Shown one piece after another: positions 36,848 to 40,790 of a DNA stretch of 40,790 nucleotides. The notes below the pieces were generated by a model, which searched no databases, was not told the DNA's origin, and saw only the letters and a list, made by a program, of their open reading frames with translations. A program made the position numbers and the translations under genes. Origin of the DNA: Candidatus Limnocylindrales bacterium. Its GTDB lineage: Bacteria; Moduliflexota; Moduliflexia; Moduliflexales; JAUQPW01. Positions within the stretch are counted from its first letter, which is position 1, and every line of letters begins with the position of its first letter. The stretch covers positions 196,475 through 237,264 of the forward strand of contig DATMBG010000037.1 of the NCBI GenBank assembly GCA_035559535.1, given 5' to 3'.

Positions 36848-36871
36848 GTCAAACGGGGACGTTTGGCCTAC
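36848..36871 (-). repeat. GTAG-type REP overlapping the GMC stop codon
   Basis: Minus strand gtaggccaaacgtccccgtttgac; its TAG is the stop of 36868-38379. Confidence 0.7.
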
Positions 36872-38379
36872 AACCTGCCCTTCTCTTCTAAGAAATGTCT
36901 GACGTTACGTAAAGCAAGGGCCATAATCGTGCCTTGCGGATTAACACCGGGTGAATCCGGGATCAAGCTGGCATCTGCGATATAAAGATTCTCAAAACCA
37001 TAAACTTTACCGAAGGAATCTGTGGCACAGAGGGCGTCATTTTCTCCCATAGGGCAGGTACTGAAGGCATGTACGGTCGTTAAGCTCATGGCCGATATGG
37101 GTATCGGTTTTTCCAGAAGCATCCGGCACTCGGCAAGGGAATTGAGTACAGAGGGTGCCTGCAGGGCCGGATAAAGTTTACGGGCGCCACCAGCAAATAA
37201 AACTTCACCCAGGCGAGCCAGTCCTATACTCAGGTTCCTCTGGTCCTGACGGGATAATCGATAACGAACGATGGCTTCATGGGTGAAGGGAAATACCCGC
37301 ACGGTCCCTTGATTAGAGCCGCGACAGGCCGCATAATAGAGGGCCATTTGTCGCCAATTCCGCATAGCTTCTTGATTCTCAGTCCAATTTTCTGAAAGGG
37401 TCAGGGCCAGAAATCCCGGGGTAAACACAGACCCGCCTAAGGTAATATCCGGCCAGAATTCCTTTACCTGATAAATAGGAAGGGCCGTATGATGACTATC
37501 CAGAGGCTCATCGAATAAGGCTGCTACCTTTAACATGGGATGAATCCGCAGGTTATTGCCGATATTTCGCTTAATGCCGCTGGAACGCAGGAGTACAGGG
37601 GTCTGAATGGCTCCGCCACAGACAAAAACGAACTCTGCTTCGATGAGTACGTTGGATGTATAATACCTCTGAGGACGGCCCCATAAATTCCTCTCTCGGG
37701 CGGGCCTCTTAAGGACTCCAGAGACATGAGAGACACGCCCTCGCCGGTGATGAAGCCGTGTAATATGACAGTTGGATAATAAACGGGCACCGGCCCGCAA
37801 CGCTCGAGGAATATAGGTTCGGGACATGGAGCGCTTCGCATCCGGCGCATAGGCGCTACCTCCCAGGTTTGTAGTCTGTGCCCGTGGCACTTCTTCAATG
37901 AGCCATCCCAGTTTTTCAGCCCCATACTTAAATCTGGCCGAGCTGGGAGGAAGCTCGTCTGAGTTAAGAAAAGAGATCCCTAACTCGATTTCAATCTCTT
38001 TAAAAAGTAACTCCAATGCTTCAACCGACAAATCCCGAACTCCATATATTTTTTGCCAGCGATGAACGGCCTCCGGCGGGGTATGAAGCCAGAAGGCACT
38101 GTTGATCTCCGTACTACCCCCTACACAACATCCTTCGACAAAGGCAATGTTGGTATTTCCCAGGATCGGAGATAATCCACCATTCCGATAGAGAAGTTGC
38201 ATGGCTCGAGGGGTATGAGTAGCCATACCACTCAGATTAACCTCAGGACCTTCTTCGGCAATAAGCACAGAATAACCGGCTTCAGCCAGTGTAGCCGCTG
38301 TAATGGCACCCCCTGCCCCAGATCCAATCACCAGAACTTGGGTGGTAAACTTGTGCCTTGGGTTATTTGCCATGTCCAC
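36868..38379 (-). CDS. GMC family FAD-dependent oxidoreductase
   Basis: VLVIGSGAGG, GCCVGGSTEINS, GAIQTPVLLRSSG, GNNLRIHP, VHAFSTCPMG, NLYIADASLIP..PGVNPQGTIMALA. Confidence 0.92.
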   Translation of the reverse strand: MDMANNPRHKFTTQVLVIGSGAGGAITAATLAEAGYSVLIAEEGPEVNLSGMATHTPRAMQLLYRNGGLSPILGNTNIAFVEGCCVGGSTEINSAFWLHTPPEAVHRWQKIYGVRDLSVEALELLFKEIEIELGISFLNSDELPPSSARFKYGAEKLGWLIEEVPRAQTTNLGGSAYAPDAKRSMSRTYIPRALRAGARLLSNCHITRLHHRRGRVSHVSGVLKRPARERNLWGRPQRYYTSNVLIEAEFVFVCGGAIQTPVLLRSSGIKRNIGNNLRIHPMLKVAALFDEPLDSHHTALPIYQVKEFWPDITLGGSVFTPGFLALTLSENWTENQEAMRNWRQMALYYAACRGSNQGTVRVFPFTHEAIVRYRLSRQDQRNLSIGLARLGEVLFAGGARKLYPALQAPSVLNSLAECRMLLEKPIPISAMSLTTVHAFSTCPMGENDALCATDSFGKVYGFENLYIADASLIPDSPGVNPQGTIMALALRNVRHFLEEKGRL

Positions 38380-38929
38380 TCCTGGCCTGATCCGACTCCA
38401 GTTGAGCTGTAACCAGGGGATGATCTAAATAGTAAAGCAGCACACAACTCCGAATTAACTTCACAAAGTCTCGTATCATTCGGATACGACTGTTAGACCA
38501 GGCAAGTATATACCTTTGTTGCCTGTTCGCGTCCAACTGAGTATACCAGCGACCATATCGAAATATGGCCAGCCAGTTAAACCCCTGCAAAGCAATTTGG
38601 TAAGGTATCCGTAAAAAGCTGGGCATGGTAGTTAGCTGGGTTGCTACAAAATCCACAACTTCCTGTTCGATCTTGACCCGCTGAGTTGCGTGAAGGTATG
38701 GCTCGTTGGGAAGTAACGCCCGAACTAAACAGGTAAGCAGGTTATAGTTGCTATAATCGATTAATCTCAGCCCAACGGCCACCTCTACGGTTGTCTTTGC
38801 CCATTCAGATGCTTCTTGTAGTAGTTCCATCTCAATCGGTGTTAAGTAGCCATCCCTGAAAGAGAAGCCCTTTGCCCGGAAACATCTCTTCCAGGATAAC
38901 CTTGGGGAGTAGAATTTATCTTGCAGCAC
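38363..38929 (-). CDS. Hypothetical protein, probable GMC partner subunit (gluconate 2-dehydrogenase subunit 3-like C-terminal region)
   Basis: Overlaps the GMC start. YTQLDANRQQRYILAW...IRSCVLLYYLDHP resembles the F..L....R...L..W...LR..L..YY..P segment of GMC-associated domains. Start uncertain. Confidence 0.6.
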   Translation of the reverse strand: MLQDKFYSPRLSWKRCFRAKGFSFRDGYLTPIEMELLQEASEWAKTTVEVAVGLRLIDYSNYNLLTCLVRALLPNEPYLHATQRVKIEQEVVDFVATQLTTMPSFLRIPYQIALQGFNWLAIFRYGRWYTQLDANRQQRYILAWSNSRIRMIRDFVKLIRSCVLLYYLDHPLVTAQLESDQARSGHGK

Positions 38930-39137
38930 TCCTGATCGGATATGAAATTATCTTGATGAAATCATAGAGCTTATCTATGTTGATGTTTTTAATTCTTATG
39001 GGACATGGCCTTTTAATCGGCAAAGTTTTCAAACAACACCTAAGAAATATGATTGCCAAAGTCCAAGGTGTCAACAAAAAAAAATGAATTCTGTTTAAGG
39101 TTCAGTTCCTTACTAAGGGGTTCTATTTAGTCTTTTT

Positions 39138-40106
39138 ATGAAAAACAGAAAACCTTTTTGTCGGAGTGTTCTCCCCTGGGTTCTTATCCTGGCAGGGGTA
39201 GGATTCTTATACTTAAGCATAAAAGGGTTCTCTCTCATTTCCTTGACCCTCTCTCTCCGAGATCTTCTGCTGACCCGATTCCATCCTACCTTCCCATATA
39301 CCTCCCAAGAAATTGAATTCAATCATGGGGACTTGAAGCTTAAGGGATCCCTTTATATTCCCCAGGGAAAAGGTCCCTTTCCGGGTGTTGTGATTGCCCA
39401 TGGAGGAACCAAACTCGGGAGAAAGTTGGCCCTTTATGTGATCATGGGTCAAAAACTAGCCGAAAAAGGCTATATAGTCTTAAGCTTTGATTTTAGAGGC
39501 TTTGGGGAGTCCGACGATCCGCCTAAGATTAAATCTCCGGAGGATCTGGATTTTGTTGGAGATTTAACCCAGGCCGTGTCTACGCTGACTACGATAAAAA
39601 ATCTAGACCCCCATCGTATTTATTTGATCGGCCATTCCTTTGGAGCCGGAGTCGTTATCCAGGAGGGTGTAAAAGACCAGCGGATAAAAAAAATCGTCTC
39701 TATCGCTCCAGGACGACGAACCTTTGAACGATTTTTTGGAGAGAATGCTCCAGATAAAGACTGGCCTCAGATTCGTATTTCCCACGATATGAAATTACCC
39801 TATCTCATTCCCAAAGAGATCCTCTACCCGATCCTGATTTCCTTTATAGCCGAGTCTATTTTACAGTTTCCTCAACATCCTCCCCTGCTATTTGTCGATG
39901 GAAGCCTGGAAGACCCTGAGGATCAAAAGTTTCTTAAAAATGTCTATCTTAAAACGACAGAGCCTAAAAGTTATGTAACCATCCCAGGTGCAGATCATTA
40001 TTTTGGAACCCGAAAAGATGAGTCCGGATTTGGGCAAACTCCCTTTTATGAGGAGAAAGTGGTTCGGGAATTTATAGATACCCTGGATAGGTGGCTAAGA
40101 AAATAA
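39138..40106 (+). CDS. Membrane-anchored alpha/beta hydrolase
   Basis: N-terminal TM helix, VIAHGG, FDFRGFGES, nucleophile elbow GHSFG, DGSLED, GADHYF. Confidence 0.9.
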   Translation: MKNRKPFCRSVLPWVLILAGVGFLYLSIKGFSLISLTLSLRDLLLTRFHPTFPYTSQEIEFNHGDLKLKGSLYIPQGKGPFPGVVIAHGGTKLGRKLALYVIMGQKLAEKGYIVLSFDFRGFGESDDPPKIKSPEDLDFVGDLTQAVSTLTTIKNLDPHRIYLIGHSFGAGVVIQEGVKDQRIKKIVSIAPGRRTFERFFGENAPDKDWPQIRISHDMKLPYLIPKEILYPILISFIAESILQFPQHPPLLFVDGSLEDPEDQKFLKNVYLKTTEPKSYVTIPGADHYFGTRKDESGFGQTPFYEEKVVREFIDTLDRWLRK

Positions 40107-40283
40107 AGGCGAGGAGCTGAGGAACAGGGAGATGCTGGAGCCGGGGGGCAGAGATTATCGAAGAATGGTGAATGGCGAATAGGGGGATAATAAAATACAG
40201 AACCAGGGGACACGGAACCCTTCCCTTGATCCTAACAGGTTCCGTGTCATAGGAGTTTCATGGAGGTAGGGGGATCCTCCTTT

Positions 40284-40790
40284 TCAAGAGTTACCGGAAT
40301 CTAATTCCACTTCTGCGACCTGACTTTTAAAGAAACGTCGGATGTAGTCTTGGAGGGTTTTATCTAACCGGGATTCTTGACGGTTGGAAATCAAGTTGCG
40401 CAAAGTTTGAATTAATCGCCAGGGACGTAGGAGATATTGAGTTCCGTAGAATCCCAGAAGGCCGAACATACGTAAGAAATTTAGTTCTTTTGAGGATATA
40501 TTATCTGTCCACGATATTGCCCGAGCCATATCCGTATAGGCGGTAAGAGATAAAAAGTATTCATCTGAAAAAGTTTTAATCTTACCCTGTTCCAGCAGTT
40601 CTGAAAATAACTCTGAACCGGGATAAGGAGAAAACATGGAGATGGAGACATCATGCACACCGATTAAAGCCATCATAAACAAAAACCTAAGGGTCTGCCA
40701 TACCTGCCACCGCGTCTCATCAGGAAATCCAAAAATAATGTTGGCCTTCACATTTAAACCACTCCGGACCGCCCCTCGCATCGAAGTCAA
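40284..40790 (-). CDS. C-terminal part of a (B12-binding) radical SAM protein; begins beyond the window end
   Basis: G(L)NVKANIIFGFPDET...TLRF and FSPYPGSELF are typical class B radical SAM C-terminal motifs. Confidence 0.78.
   Translation of the reverse strand: MTSMRGAVRSGLNVKANIIFGFPDETRWQVWQTLRFLFMMALIGVHDVSISMFSPYPGSELFSELLEQGKIKTFSDEYFLSLTAYTDMARAISWTDNISSKELNFLRMFGLLGFYGTQYLLRPWRLIQTLRNLISNRQESRLDKTLQDYIRRFFKSQVAEVELDSGNS

Overview
Moderate-GC bacterial chromosomal window with one sharply GC-rich insert. In order: (i) the 5' part of a Tat-exported dienelactone-hydrolase-family gene and a repeat-rich spacer; (ii) a decayed integron, with an intI pseudogene and two attC sites bracketing a ~4.6 kb GC-rich cassette. 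The cassette holds the tail of one histidine kinase gene and a complete multi-PAS/GAF hybrid kinase; (iii) a DsbA/FrnE-type selenoprotein (UxxC, in-frame TGA plus SECIS-like hairpin) that the ORF track truncates; (iv) a Nitrospira/Nitrospina/anammox-like respiratory module of a 'bd-like oxidase', c-type cytochromes and EB_dh (NxrC-like) heme proteins, with no CydB; (v) a rearranged ebo cluster (eboA-B-E-C-F, no eboD) followed by DUF1326/DUF2182; (vi) a PQQ dehydrogenase with the lanthanide D-x-D signature but no vicinal disulfide, plus a XoxJ/MxaJ-like protein and a His-rich triheme cytochrome c; (vii) a degenerate ABC ATPase; (viii) larE-larB-tmk-holB-metG housekeeping genes; (ix) a GMC oxidoreductase/twin-SDR/B12-radical-SAM locus. 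Intergenic regions carry a MITE-like family, GTAG-type REPs and short tandem repeats. All calls come from motif recognition by eye; no searches were run.
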